Assembly: GCA_965112155.1 (NCBI GenBank)
Contig: OZ218107.1
Origin: Podarcis liolepis
Taxonomy: Eukaryota
DNA: 64,000 nt
Direction: 5' to 3' (one strand)
The notes under the pieces are model-generated. The model did no database searches, was not told where the DNA came from, and saw only the letters and a program-made list of their open reading frames with translations. The translations under genes were made by a program, and so were the position numbers. Shown one piece after another: positions 53,042 to 64,000 of this stretch (positions are counted from its first letter, which is position 1; each line of letters starts with the position of its first letter).

Positions 53042-56000
53042 CTGAGGATGTAAAAAAGGGGGAAGCAGGGAGGGAAAAGGGAAGAGAGAAAGGCAAAATA
53101 TTGAGGAGGGCCAGAGAAGCATCAAGCTTGTTTCTTTAGAGACATAGGGCTGCCATGCCGCCTCCTCTACCACCACCCTCTTCTGTGAGATGCTCTGGCA
53201 CTGCTCACACTGGCATCTTCAGGTAGGGCTGAGAGAGGGCCCCTGCCCTACCTGAAACCCTGGAGACCAGCTGCCCATCAGTGTAGACAATACTGAACTA
53301 GATGGACCAAGTCACCTGATTCAGTCTGAGGTAGCTTCCTAAAAGCTACCACACTCTCCAGTTCTACCTTGGGCTAGGGTTTCGACCCACCACCACCCTT
53401 CAAACCTTGCACCATTTCCTTCCTTACCTGCAAGTGGAATGTTTGGATGGGATCCCCATCCTGGCTGTACGTGAACTGGCCAAGGAGGGTGCCCTCTTGC
53501 TGCCCTTCTTCTGTTAAGCCCTGTGGAAACAAAAACAGGTTGGGGAGAAGGAGGGAAGGGGGTGAGAGAATGGGGAGGGGAGGGCCGTGGGGAGATCAGA
53601 GCAACCGCAGGATCAGAGAGGGGGGAGGGACACAAGTGCGGTTAAAGGCCAGTCTTGTGGCTGCATGCCAAAATGAAACACACAGGGCTACGAGGAGGTA
53701 AGGGACAAACGGGAGCAGTAGAGGGGTGGGGAAAGAAGGCTGATGGTAGTTATGAACGTCAATGCCTCTTCCTCCTTTCCCAGAGAGGTGCAATTTTGGA
53801 ATCTCACACCTCCACACCTGGGACCCGTCATTTGTTAAGGGTTCTGAGAGTGGGGTAACTATGATCCCCAGGATTTTTGAGAAAAGCCATGTGCTGTAAA
53901 AGTGTGATGTGAATGCAGTGCCTTATACTGTCTTGATTTATTCTGTCCCTCTTGAATACCCTGGGAATTGCAGTTCTGCAGGACGGGCCTTGGGCTCCAA
54001 ATGAAATTTCAAGACATTCATACTACAGTTCCCAGGATTCTTAGGGAGGTGGGGGAGCTGCAGCAGTGCACTTGGACAAAGACTAACATCAGTATGCATC
54101 GTACATATGCCTGCAGTCTCGGCTCCTGGTTGTACCAACCCAAACTTCATCATTAATGATCCCAAGGTGTCTTAACAAATGGCTCCTTTCACCCCAGACT
54201 CTTGGGTTGCCTGGTGTATCTGTATTCACACTGCACATCAGCCTTGGCCAACATGGAACTCTTTGGACTACTCTTTGGACTACAACTCCCATCAGGCACA
54301 ACTGATGGAGGTTGTGGTCCAAAACACTTGGAGGACACCAGGTGGGTGAAAGCTGATGTATATGATTGAACTGAGAGCCAGTGTGGTGTAGTGTCAGACT
54401 AGGACGTGGGAAACTAGGGTTCAAATCCCCCCTGGTCATGAAGCTTACTGGGAAGTACCGTTTGCTAAAGATGCTGAGCAACAATCAGTCCTTCTTCCCA
54501 GGGAAATCTGTCAACTGTAAGGTTAATAGGGGCCTCCTCTCAGCACACTTCACAAACTACAGTTCCCAGGAGTCTTTGGGGGGGAAGCCATGACTGTCTA
54601 AAGTGGAATAATATTGCTTTAAATGTATATCGTGCAGATGGGGCCTTAAATAGCTGTGCATCTGACCACCCAGTTGGGCAAATTTATGAAGGGCATCTTG
54701 CTGTACTTTGGGGGGAGAGAGAAATCTGAGGAGACTTCTGGTGGAAAAGCCCTGGATGCTATTGGAACCTCTGCTAGCAAAGTGTGAGACAAGCCTCCCT
54801 CTTCTGACTGAGAATGGGAAATTATCTCCAGTGTGCCTCTTTTAAACTTGCCCAATCTACGACATCCTCCCCCCCCCCCCACAGTCCCAAGCAAAGAGTG
54901 ACTTACATAGACCGCAAAGTCCTTGGGGGCGCTGGGAATGGTCCCTTTGGGAGAGAGGGCTTTGGAGATGTGTTCTAGCGTCACAGCTGTGGGACGGATG
55001 TTGCTCGAAAGGCGAATGACAGCAAAGCCTTGGGAGCCTTGGAACGCCCAGCAGTTTCCAGGGTGGACATCTGGCTGAAATTAAATCAAACACACAGAGT
55101 TTTAGGTAAGAGTTAGGCTTAACCATTGTATCTGAAAGCAGAAATGATGCTCCAATATGCAAGGACCAGGAGGGAAAACACAATGAACTCTGGGTTGGTA
55201 CTTGTTCACAAATTTAACACAGCCCTTGGCACCTTATGGTACTGTTATCGTATTCCATATAAAACAAGTATTTAAGAATTTAAGAAGTATTTAACAAATC
55301 ACCTGGCAGGTGACTAGGAATTCCATGCAGGTCAGGGAGCAAATTGTTCCACCTGTAATATACATTTCGCCTTTCATTTCCAAGGAGTTCAAGGTGGAAA
55401 GACATGCTGTAATTGACACGGGAATGCTGCTGAATATGGCAATCAGTCCTGTCATGTGCTTTCTCTCTTCCCCTTATAATGTGGAATATGGCTCATCCTT
55501 GTGATGAAGTCATGTAGACCCCCTGTTTCTTACTGCACTCACTACCTCTCTGCTTCCTACAAGGTGGTTTTATATTTACTGCCACAGTTCTGTTTAATTT
55601 TTTTACATCAATATCCTGCTTTCCTTCCATCTTGGACCACACACCGGGGCAATAGTGGCAAAAGAACCCAAGGCAAAAAGCAAGAGTTTCTCAGGAGGGT
55701 AAACTGCCAGGTTCCAGATTCTGTCTAGTGGGGTGTTTATGCAAAGCTTTGATACTCTTTGAGCATGTAATAGCACACACAGCATATTTTCTCCAGCTCA
55801 ACATTTGAGACCACTATATTGATACCTGCTTGCATATGAAGTTTACTGGGCCAGTCACATACACACTCTGTCCCAGCTTACTTTATAGAGTAGTTGTGGA
55901 TATTCACAATACATACCAACCTTCTAGGATGAAGGTCTAAATAAAAAGGTAATCTGCTGGGTGAGGTATTGTGGATTTGAACCAGACACTTTGGGGAGAA

Positions 56001-59000
56001 TAAGGTAACAAAGAAAAGGTAGGGCAGGGCCATTGTACCTTTAATAAAACCTACCTGCAGAATGACTCGTGGAGACTGGGAGTGGTACCACAGGGGGATC
56101 CCAAAGAGACTAAGCAATGCAGTCTTGGTCTCATAGGTTTCTGAGCACCGGGTGCTGATAACACTGGCCCCTGTAGTTAAAAAGATATGGGTGAAGGAGA
56201 GACACATCGTTTTGCCCTCTGCTCAAAGCAGTAAGAGAGCTCATGCAGACAGCTGAGAAATCTAAAAGATATTTGAACATTCCTTTAACATTCCCCACTC
56301 TAACAATAAGATATTCCCAAACTGCAACTGGGCTATTCAATGCATATTTGCATGCATTATTCTGAATGGGCAATTTGGGGTTTAGGAACTTTTCTTGGGA
56401 GAGGGCAGAAGCTGAATCTTGTAAAAAACGTGAAAGAGAAGATTCTCAGACAATTCCTTCCTGCAGCAGGAAGGAATCAACATCATGTAATCAACATCAT
56501 GCCAATTCTAGCTCACGGGCCACCTTTCTTGACAGCTATCAGGACAGAAAGACCAGCCCAGCCAGAGTTTGCATACCTGCAGATTCAAGAGCATAATCAA
56601 CCATTCCAATGCGATCATCGCTGTAGCGCTTCAGGGCCTGGTTGACAATGTGGTGAACTTGCTGAAACAAGAGAAAGGGAATGAATGTAAGGCGAGAACT
56701 CAGGATTCCAAAACTTATTTTTCAGTTTTGTTCTATTCTGCCAGGCTAAAGTGTGCAAATGGCAAGGCTACCTGAGGAATTCAGGTATAGCTTGGCTGGT
56801 GCAAATCCTGAGAATGGTTGCATATCAGTGGTGCATCAACAGACCACTAAGACATAAGAACACCTGCCCCCGCCGCCCGGCTTCGGAACGCTGCTCCGAA
56901 GCCGGGCGGCGGGGCGGGAACACCTTCTGAAGGCGGCGGGGGGCGAAAGTCTTTGTCCCCCCTGCCTGCCTTCCCAAGGGCTTTTAAATCGCCCCGGACA
57001 GCGGAGAAGTCCTCTGCTGTCCCGGGGCGATTTTAAAATGCCGCCCGCCAGCATTTTAAGATCGCCCGGACAGCGGAGAAGTCCTCCGCTGTCCTGGGGT
57101 TTTTTAAAATGCTGGGGGTGGGAAGAAAAGCCCTTGTCGTCCCCCCCCAGCCTTCAGAAGAGTCTGAAGAGTCTGGTCTGAAGGCGGTTTCCCTAGGAAC
57201 GCATTAATTGATTTTCAATGCATTCCTATGGGAAACCGTGCATCGCAAGACGAAAAACTCGCAAGACGAGGAGACTTGCGGAACGAATTAATTTCGTCTT
57301 GCGAGGCACCATTGTATTACTTTCACATTCCAGACCTCTAAATACACACACACAGGTAACATTCTACATCACCATCTTAGCATCATTCTTGGAAATGCCC
57401 TTGTGAGGAACCACTTCAGCCAATTGGTAAGCGAATTCTCACCTCTTCCGTTACTCCTATGACGCCCTCCCTTTGGAGTACCACCCCGACATCTCGCGCA
57501 GAGAGCCGCTGGTCCTCAGAGACTTTGGCAAGGATCTTCTGCTCCAGGTTGAGGAGCTGTTCCTCTAATTCTTCACGATGGAGAAACAGATTGCCTGTCC
57601 CGTCCCTTTTAGACTGGGATAGGAATCGGCTGAGCCATATCGGAAACTGGATTTCCACCTGAAATCCAACAAAGAGAAGAACAGGTTTCATAAACACTTT
57701 TCCTCCTGTGAATTGCAGACCTTCTATGGAGAGAATGTAAAGAGATTACTGAGAACAAGCAACAGCTGCCCTGGGCTCCCTTGGGAGGAAAGGAGGGGTA
57801 TACATTTGTTAAATAACAGCAACAGCAATGCTTCCACCTTGGAAGATTTGTTCTTTCTAAGGGGCATGATGGGTGGGGCAGAGATACTTAACAAAAATGT
57901 TTGCAGCTTTTCATCTTTTGACATCTTTTAATTTTGACATTTTGCTGATCCGTAGGCTGGACACTGACCTTTCCCACCTCCCGCAGGCCACTTTGTCGGA
58001 TGGGTGGGGCTGCCCACCTGTCATTTACCTGATGTCATCGTGACAACAGGCAACAAATTTAATAAATATTTGGAATGCATTTGTCGAAACCATAGTGACA
58101 CATGAATCAACATATACTTGAGGGAAACAATAAGCTTATATAGTTTTGTAATCTTAATTATATTGTATGCTTATTTTGTTTCTGCTGCTTTCCTCTGCTT
58201 TTAAAAATGTTTCTGATGTATCCTCTCCTTTTTCTATTCATTTGTTTATTTACTTTAATTTACTATAACAGTATCAATAAAATATAAATAAATAACTTCA
58301 ATGAGATGTGCTTTCAGCACTGATCAGCAAGCAGGGCTTGCTGTCAGCGCCCATCAGTAATGCACTTTAATCTCCAGACTGTTCCTTTGCAGTCATGTTC
58401 TTACCTGCCACACATATGACACACCTCAGATGTCAGGGAAGGTTAAGTGTGGTTTGGGGAAAACAGCCTTGCAGGAAAAATTAGGACATCCGACAGACTT
58501 AATTTGGCCCCGAGGCTCTCCATGCCTGGTTCATGTCCACTCCTACATAGAAAGGAGCAGACCTCCAGTTCCCTGGCTATACTACGCTAGAGATAAAAGC
58601 TTTCCAAGAAAGGCTTAGCTATGAAGGTCACTGGGAGACCTTGGACTGGAATCACAGGTTTATTGCAAGACTTAAAATGCAGAGATGAGAAACCATGTAT
58701 ATCAGCTTGAGCTGGAGGAAAGGTATTAAATAAATGATATATAAAATAAAATGAACTTACATCTTCCCGCATTTCCTTGATCTGTCCTGGCAAAGAATCC
58801 ACATGTTTTGACAACCTTTTCTGATCCGAGGCCAAGACCACAAATTCTTTTTTCAGGCCTGTCAGTTGCGCTTCCAGCCTTTCCATCTCCTTTTGGAAAT
58901 TACCCATCAGACCTTCTTGTGTAGAGCTTCAAAAGCAAAATGAAAATTCAGGTGCTTCAGAGTCGGTTGTATCTTTAATTACCTCCACCAATAATGTTCT

Positions 59001-62000
59001 ACAAAAACTATGTTTGGCTGTGAAGATTTCACCCCATGAAAATTAACCCATACCAGACAGCCTAATCTAAGCTATGTACCACACCATACATTTAAAGCAC
59101 ATTCAACGTATATTTAAAGCACATGAATTTCATCAAAGAAGCCTGGGAACTGTAGCTTAAGGTTGCTGTGAACTGTAGCTCTACAAGGTGGTGAAACTAC
59201 AGTTCCCAGGAACTTTTGGAGAAAGTTGTGCTTTAAATGTGTGTGAATGTGATTTAAATGGATGGTGTGGATCTGCTCTGATTTCCAATATGTCTTGTTT
59301 GCTGTTGATCTCATGGATGTCTCTTTGCGAGACTGTGGATGCAGAAAGGGATAAAAAAATAATAATGAATAAATAGTTAAGATGTTCTGAATGTAGGTAA
59401 TAGGGCAGCAACTGACTATGCCTCTTTATAAGTACTTGCCATCAAAAAATAGCACATAGTTCCTAGTTGATCTTTGACTGCAACAGGACTTAAGAAAAAG
59501 CACTTTCTTAAAAGCACAATGGTGCAAACAGCAAATGAATTAAAAACAATGATGTGCGACCCCCCCTCCAATCTCCTAAAACCATATTTCAGCCACTAAT
59601 TACAGGTTTCTGGGCCAATCAGGTTTGACTTGTAATATAAGCAAGTATTACAAGCACTGAACATGCATCTTACCAGCTCATTATATGTCAGCATCACTAC
59701 TTAAAAGGTGATAAATTGTATGAACAGCATTGACAGAAATTCTCAGGTTATTCATGCATCCTGTTATTCCAAGAATACGTAAGTTTCACTTTCAAGTTAA
59801 GAACAATGTCGCTTTAAACACAATTCTCTCAGGTTACATGCATTCCTGGCCCTCCTGCTATCGTAAGACAAAAACTGCCATAGGAGAAAACTCTTTCTTG
59901 AGGATGCTCAAATTACCTTTGCCACTGCGAAGTCATTTGGAGCATCCGAGTTTCTGTCTCCTGTGGGAGAAACAGAGCACAGGTCAGGAAATAGAAACAA
60001 AGCAGAATAAAATCCATTGCTTGTGCAGCACCGTGTGTGTAACTAGAACTGGAGGAGCACAACTGGAGGAGCCACAGTAAGGGATGGATGGATGAATCAT
60101 AACATATCTTCTATTTGGACCATTCACTACTTCTTTGTCCACTTCTCAGTCGGTGAGCAGGGGTTAAAGCCATCTGCAAAAGTCCTCTTTGAAGAAGCGC
60201 CATGCTTCTCATTTAAGTGAGCAGAAAGGAGCCTCCTCTCTTCAACTCACCACTGGCTACATAGGGGAGAAGCAAGAGGCTGCTTCAAAGACTGCTTTTG
60301 CAAAGTGCTTCAAGACAAACCTTCCTCACCCCCTGCACTTCTGTTTCAGCCTCTGGAGAGAACAGGATGTACAGCCAATGCAGGACTAAGCCTTGTTCTT
60401 CTGCCCATCAGCTGACTTCATTTATTTTTTTTAAATGATATTTATTAAAGTTTCAAAAAAGGTTACAAAAATAAGAAAAAGAGAAAAAAAGAAAAGAAAA
60501 AATACAAAACACAGAAAAATAAAAACACTTAAAAACAAATCAGTCTTTCCATGTCTTGTCTTTCATTTACTTGTTTCCTTGACCTCCTCACACCTCCCTT
60601 TTTTGTATTCCAGTTCAGTTAAGTTAAGTCAGCAAATCCTTTCCCTCTTTGCTTTTATCCTAATCATTTAACTTAATATATTGTAACTTTGGATTCTCAC
60701 CTGTTAGCAAACCATTTTTACATACTCCTTTATAACATTGGATGTACAGCCAATGCAGGACTAAGCCTTGTTCTTCTGCCCATCAGCTGACTTCATGCTC
60801 CCCCACTGAGTTAGAGCCCCCCCCTAGAAGTTTGGCTTGCATGCCTCATTTAATTAAATAGAGCTAAGCACATGCTTAACCCCCCCCCTTAAATTAGTGG
60901 GAGATGTGCTTAAGATCAGCTGCATCACACCTAGTAATGTTTAAAGATGCAGTGAAACAGAATTGAAATAATCAATGTAAAGGTTACACATGTTTTACTA
61001 AAAAGTGAAAACTGTAAATATTCTATTTGGATTAAAAATGGGGGGGGGACCACATTACAACTACAAGAGCTGTTAAGACAGTGGTTTCAGCTACATGTAA
61101 CAAGAAACCATGGTTTAGTGCAACATGAAGAAGCTCCAGCAAGTTCAAGCACTTCCTCCTCCTGTGCAGTCAGGACGACGACTTCTGGGAAGGACCACAG
61201 CTCAGACATAGAGCATCTGCTTAGCATGAAGAGGATCCCAGCTTCAATCTCTATCATCCCCCAATAGGGATGGAAGAGACCCTTTGTCTGAAACTCTGGA
61301 GAGCTACTGCTAGTGTTGACAGCACTGAGCTAGATTGGGCAACTGTCTGACTTGGTATGGGCAGCTTCCTGTTATTCTGCAGAGTAACTTCAATTTCAAA
61401 GAAATGGCATCTTGTGCTGTATGAGCAAGGATTCTTGGCTTATACCAAACTCTAGTGAATGTCACAAGAAACTATCAAGAAGCTTCAAACCATGGTTTTT
61501 GAAGCTGGCTTGTTTAACCAGGAATTGTGTTAAGCCAGGATCCTTGGTTGATATGATACAACAAGCCAATATTCTTTGAAAGTGAATGCAGGTGGTATGA
61601 CAACCTTCCCTACACACTGCATCCTTAAAATATGAAATCAAGTTTTACCTCTGAAGCCTGGGATACTTTCTTCAAGAGACTGTCAAAATCCTTCCGTAGC
61701 TGGGATCGAAAAGCATCCAACTCATTCTGTAGGGAGACAAGAGAAGTAGTATATAGCTTTAGAAACAAGCACAAGTTTGATAACTGATTAATAGTTTGGT
61801 TTTGAATTGGTTAATCAAACAAACCAATGAACCAAAATATTGACATTGCAAAACTGCAATTAAAGCTCCAGCAAGTAATTTTTGTGCCATTACTTACAGA
61901 TAAATTGCGTAACTATCTGTTTTTTCAAGCATTTGCCCTCTATGTTGTTGTTCTGCTAGAACCCTCCCCTTAAGATCCCACTTGTTGCTGCTGTTTGCTG

Positions 62001-62820
62001 CAAACAGCAGCTTCAGGAGATCATTTTTAGGTGGAAAAAATGGTGCAGAGGAAAGGCTTGACCCTTCTCCCATCCCATGATCCTGATCAAGACTGAGCAA
62101 ACTGCAACTGCTATTTTAAAGCAAGGGTAGGGAGCAACATGCAGAAGGAAGACATGTTTAATGTCAATGTCAGGGTTGCCCCTGAGTGAGTGCCCTAGAG
62201 CCATTTCTCAGAAACCTCTGAAAAACAAGGATTGCAGACAAGTTAATGGTTTCCTGAAGCAAGAGCGTTGCAGGGTTTCATCAGGAAGCTACAGGACATG
62301 CACCGATAGGAAACAAAGTAGTATGTCCACTCCAAATCTTTTGCTGGCCCAAGCAACATAGAAAGTGAGATTGTGTATAACCACCCCGATACCATGAGCA
62401 TAAATCGTCATGAATGCAAAAAAGGGATCCAGGCTCTGCTCATACCCAAATTTGAGGAGTGTTCAAAACTGGAAATTAAGCAGTTATGTGCACAAGTCAA
62501 CATGCTTGTAGCCCTAAAGTCAATTCTCCCCCTTGATGCCAAAATGTCCCCTTCATTCTCTGTTCCTGCCCTACCTGGAGGTGAAGGTCTGACTCTGCAC
62601 GGAATTCCTCTCTCAAGATGGTTTCTCGTCGTCTCACCAGCCCATCCAGAAGTGACAGGGTATCGTCATGAGACAGGGCTGCCCCTTCCACCGTCTTTTC
62701 CCCTCTTTGCAGTTCCAGCACTGAAACTGCACCTTCCAGGCTCTCAAGATGTCTCTCCAGTGCCTGAAGCCGAGACAAAACCTGCTGCTGTCCCTTTTAA
62801 ATTCAGGGCATGGGGGGGGG

Positions 62821-62860
<40 letters not shown>

Positions 62861-63860
62861 GCTACATAAGGCTACTATCACCATAATTTATTAGAAAGAA
62901 TCTAAAATGAATCGTGTAAAATGCTCTCTGCACCCCTGACAAACTGCAGCTCCCAGAATTATTTCATTTAAATGTATGCTGGAAATGAATCCTAGGCTTC
63001 AGATGCAACAAGGCTCTTTCTTTGTTCATCTATTCCAACCCCCTGCAATGTGGGAATCTTTTGCCCAATGTTTGGCTTGAACCCACAACCCTGAGATTAA
63101 GAGTCTCATGCTCTACTGACTGAGCTATCCCTTGGATTCTTAACCCACCATAAAAAAGATAAAGTACCCCTGACAGTTAAGTCCAGTCGCGAACGACTCT
63201 GGGGTTGCGGCGCTCATCTCACTTTACTGGCCGAGGGAACTGACGTTTATCCACAGACAGTTTTTCCAGGTCATGTGGCCAGCATGACTAAGCTGCTTCT
63301 GGTGAAACCAGAGCAGTGCACGGAAACACCATTTACCTTCCCGCCAGAGCCTATTTATCTACTTTCACTTTTTTGGCGTGCTTTCGAACTGCTAGGTTGG
63401 CAGGAGCAAGGACCAGACAATGGGAGCTCACCCCGTCATGGGGATTCGAACTGCGACCTTCTGATTGGCAAGCCCTAGGCTTAGTGGTTTAGACCACAGC
63501 ACCACCCACCATAGTTCCCATTAGAATTTTATGACCATCTTAACCCCAGGTTACAGCTCAGAAGCAGCCAACAGCAAAGTATATGGCTCTGCATGAATCC
63601 ACCTATGTTTACAAGAATATAATTATATTCCTGTGAAGCAAAGAGGGAACTCCCTAGCTCAGCTCAGCCTGAGGAGTGAGCAGAAATGTTGCAGGGTGTC
63701 TCCTACTGATGAACCTCTGAGATCCACATAGTACTCACCTCCGAGAATGCAACAAAATCTCTTGCTTCATCTCCCTTTTTGGTAACAGGAGAAGACAGCT
63801 TCATAGATCCCCAAGAAAACACAGATGGGTGGAGTCCGAAGGGGTAAAAATACCAGGCAC
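52925..63860 (-). CDS. SUN2: SUN domain-containing protein 2 (LINC complex), 3' 11 exons; 5' part lies beyond the window
   Basis: complement join(63739..63860,62575..62793,61649..61726,59917..59960,58761..58926,57443..57658,56577..56661,56055..56170,54907..55074,53428..53520,52925..53041). SUN domain motifs DYALESAGASVISTRCSETY, PGNCWAFQG, NWGHPEYTCIYRFRVHG; synteny with GTPBP1. Confidence 0.95.
53205..53341 (+). mobile_element. Partial squamate tRNA-derived SINE (Squam3-like)
   Basis: Body homologous to 61250-61375 (ctgaaaccctggaga...gacaatactga.ctagatggacc...gcttcct). Confidence 0.6.
53428..53520 (-). CDS. SUN2: SUN2 exon
   Basis: GLTEEGQQEGTLLGQFTYSQDGDPIQTFHLQ. Confidence 0.95.
54907..55074 (-). 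CDS. SUN2: SUN2 exon
   Basis: PDVHPGNCWAFQGSQGFAVIRLSSNIRPTAVTLEHISKALSPKGTIPSAPKDFAVY. Confidence 0.96.
56055..56170 (-). CDS. SUN2: SUN2 exon
   Basis: GASVISTRCSETYETKTALLSLFGIPLWYHSQSPRVILQ. Confidence 0.96.
56577..56661 (-). CDS. SUN2: SUN2 exon
   Basis: QVHHIVNQALKRYSDDRIGMVDYALESA. Confidence 0.95.
56862..57314. mobile_element. Family A Tc1/mariner MITE, left end missing, GC-rich hairpin core
   Basis: Right end ttcgtcttgcgaggcaccattg|TA matches 1539-1892; perfect 20-bp stem 56868-56887/56895-56914. Confidence 0.8.
57443..57658 (-). CDS. SUN2: SUN2 exon
   Basis: VEIQFPIWLSRFL...EEQLLNLEQKIL...LQREGVIGVTEE. Confidence 0.93.
58761..58926 (-). CDS. SUN2: SUN2 exon (coiled coil)
   Basis: STQEGLMGNFQKEMERLEAQLTGLKKEF...LPGQIKEMRED; phases consistent. 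Confidence 0.9.
59075..59275. mobile_element. Palindromic MITE-like repeat (related pieces at ~53860, ~54490-54645, ~62930-62990)
   Basis: Inverted arms acaccatacatttaaagcac / gctttaaatg..ggtgt; core ctgggaactgtag / ctacagttcccagg. Confidence 0.6.
59917..59960 (-). CDS. SUN2: SUN2 44-nt exon
   Basis: ETETRMLQMTSQWQ(S); cacag|...|gtaatt. Confidence 0.88.
60422..60739 (-). mobile_element. Short retro-insertion (L1-like 3' UTR plus polyA) flanked by a 57-bp direct repeat
   Basis: T-tract and tttatt at the left end; ggaggtca motif like the ggaagtca in the other L1 3' UTRs; identical flanks 60365-60421 and 60740-60796. Confidence 0.8.
61186..61375 (+). mobile_element. Squamate tRNA(Ala-like)-derived SINE (Squam3-like)
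   Basis: Head agctcag..tagagcatctgctt.gcatg...ttcaatc; body shared with 53205-53341. Confidence 0.65.
61649..61726 (-). CDS. SUN2: SUN2 exon
   Basis: NELDAFRSQLRKDFDSLLKKVSQASE. Confidence 0.88.
62575..62793 (-). CDS. SUN2: SUN2 exon
   Basis: GQQQVLSRLQALERHLESL...LSHDDTLSLLDGLVRRRETILREEFRAESDLHLQ; exact acceptor ambiguous among in-frame AGs. Confidence 0.85.
63027..63131 (-). mobile_element. SINE with tRNA-Lys(CTT)-like head and CR1-like tail
   Basis: Minus strand: gatagctcagtcagtagagcatgagactcttaatctcagggttgtgggttcaagcc..ttgggc + cattgcagggggttggaatagatg. Confidence 0.78.
63153..63503 (-). mobile_element. Sauria SINE
   Basis: Homologous to the other two copies; TSD acccaccata (63143-63152, 63504-63513). 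Confidence 0.88.
63739..63860 (-). CDS. SUN2: SUN2 exon immediately after the transmembrane segment
   Basis: GAWYFYPFGLHPSVFSW...EARDFVAFSE|gtgagt. Confidence 0.9.
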
Positions 63861-64000
63861 CTAAATGTGATTAGTAAGGAGAGTTCAGTTACAGTTGGGT
63901 TTATCCGATGGGTCTTTACCCGGCTATTCTGTCAAAGCAGATGTCCAGTCTGACTTACAAAAATCTAGTTAAATATAAACTTCAGAATATACACCAATAT

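Noticed and set aside
63060-63131. Functional tRNA-Lys gene (likewise tRNA-Ile at 30424)
   Set aside because: Acceptor and T stems are disrupted, and each is fused to a LINE-derived tail; these are SINE heads.

Overview
Eukaryotic (vertebrate) genomic DNA, very likely from a squamate reptile. A lacertid lizard such as Podarcis is inferred from Sauria-type SINEs, young L2/L1 LINEs and abundant hAT/Tc1-mariner MITEs. The window holds the conserved amniote block CBY1(+) - TOMM22(+) - JOSD1(-) - GTPBP1(+) - SUN2(-, 3' portion only), syntenic with human 22q13.1. I reconstructed all coding exons with GT-AG boundaries and consistent phase: CBY1 126 aa, TOMM22 138 aa, JOSD1 202 aa, GTPBP1 669 aa, and the last 11 SUN2 exons. 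Most entries in the ORF track are spurious, exon fragments or TE remnants. I found no new multi-gene system. The most interesting observations are local: a candidate extra 42-nt in-frame GTPBP1 exon; a 109-bp tandem duplication of the TOMM22 exon-2 end plus its splice donor; a nested L1+L2 insertion with a target-site duplication (TSD) inside the TOMM22 promoter; a retro-insertion with a 57-bp direct repeat in SUN2; SINEs with different tRNA heads on the same CR1-like tail; and uORFs and repeated hairpins in the JOSD1 UTRs. Coordinates were counted by hand and TE boundaries are approximate.
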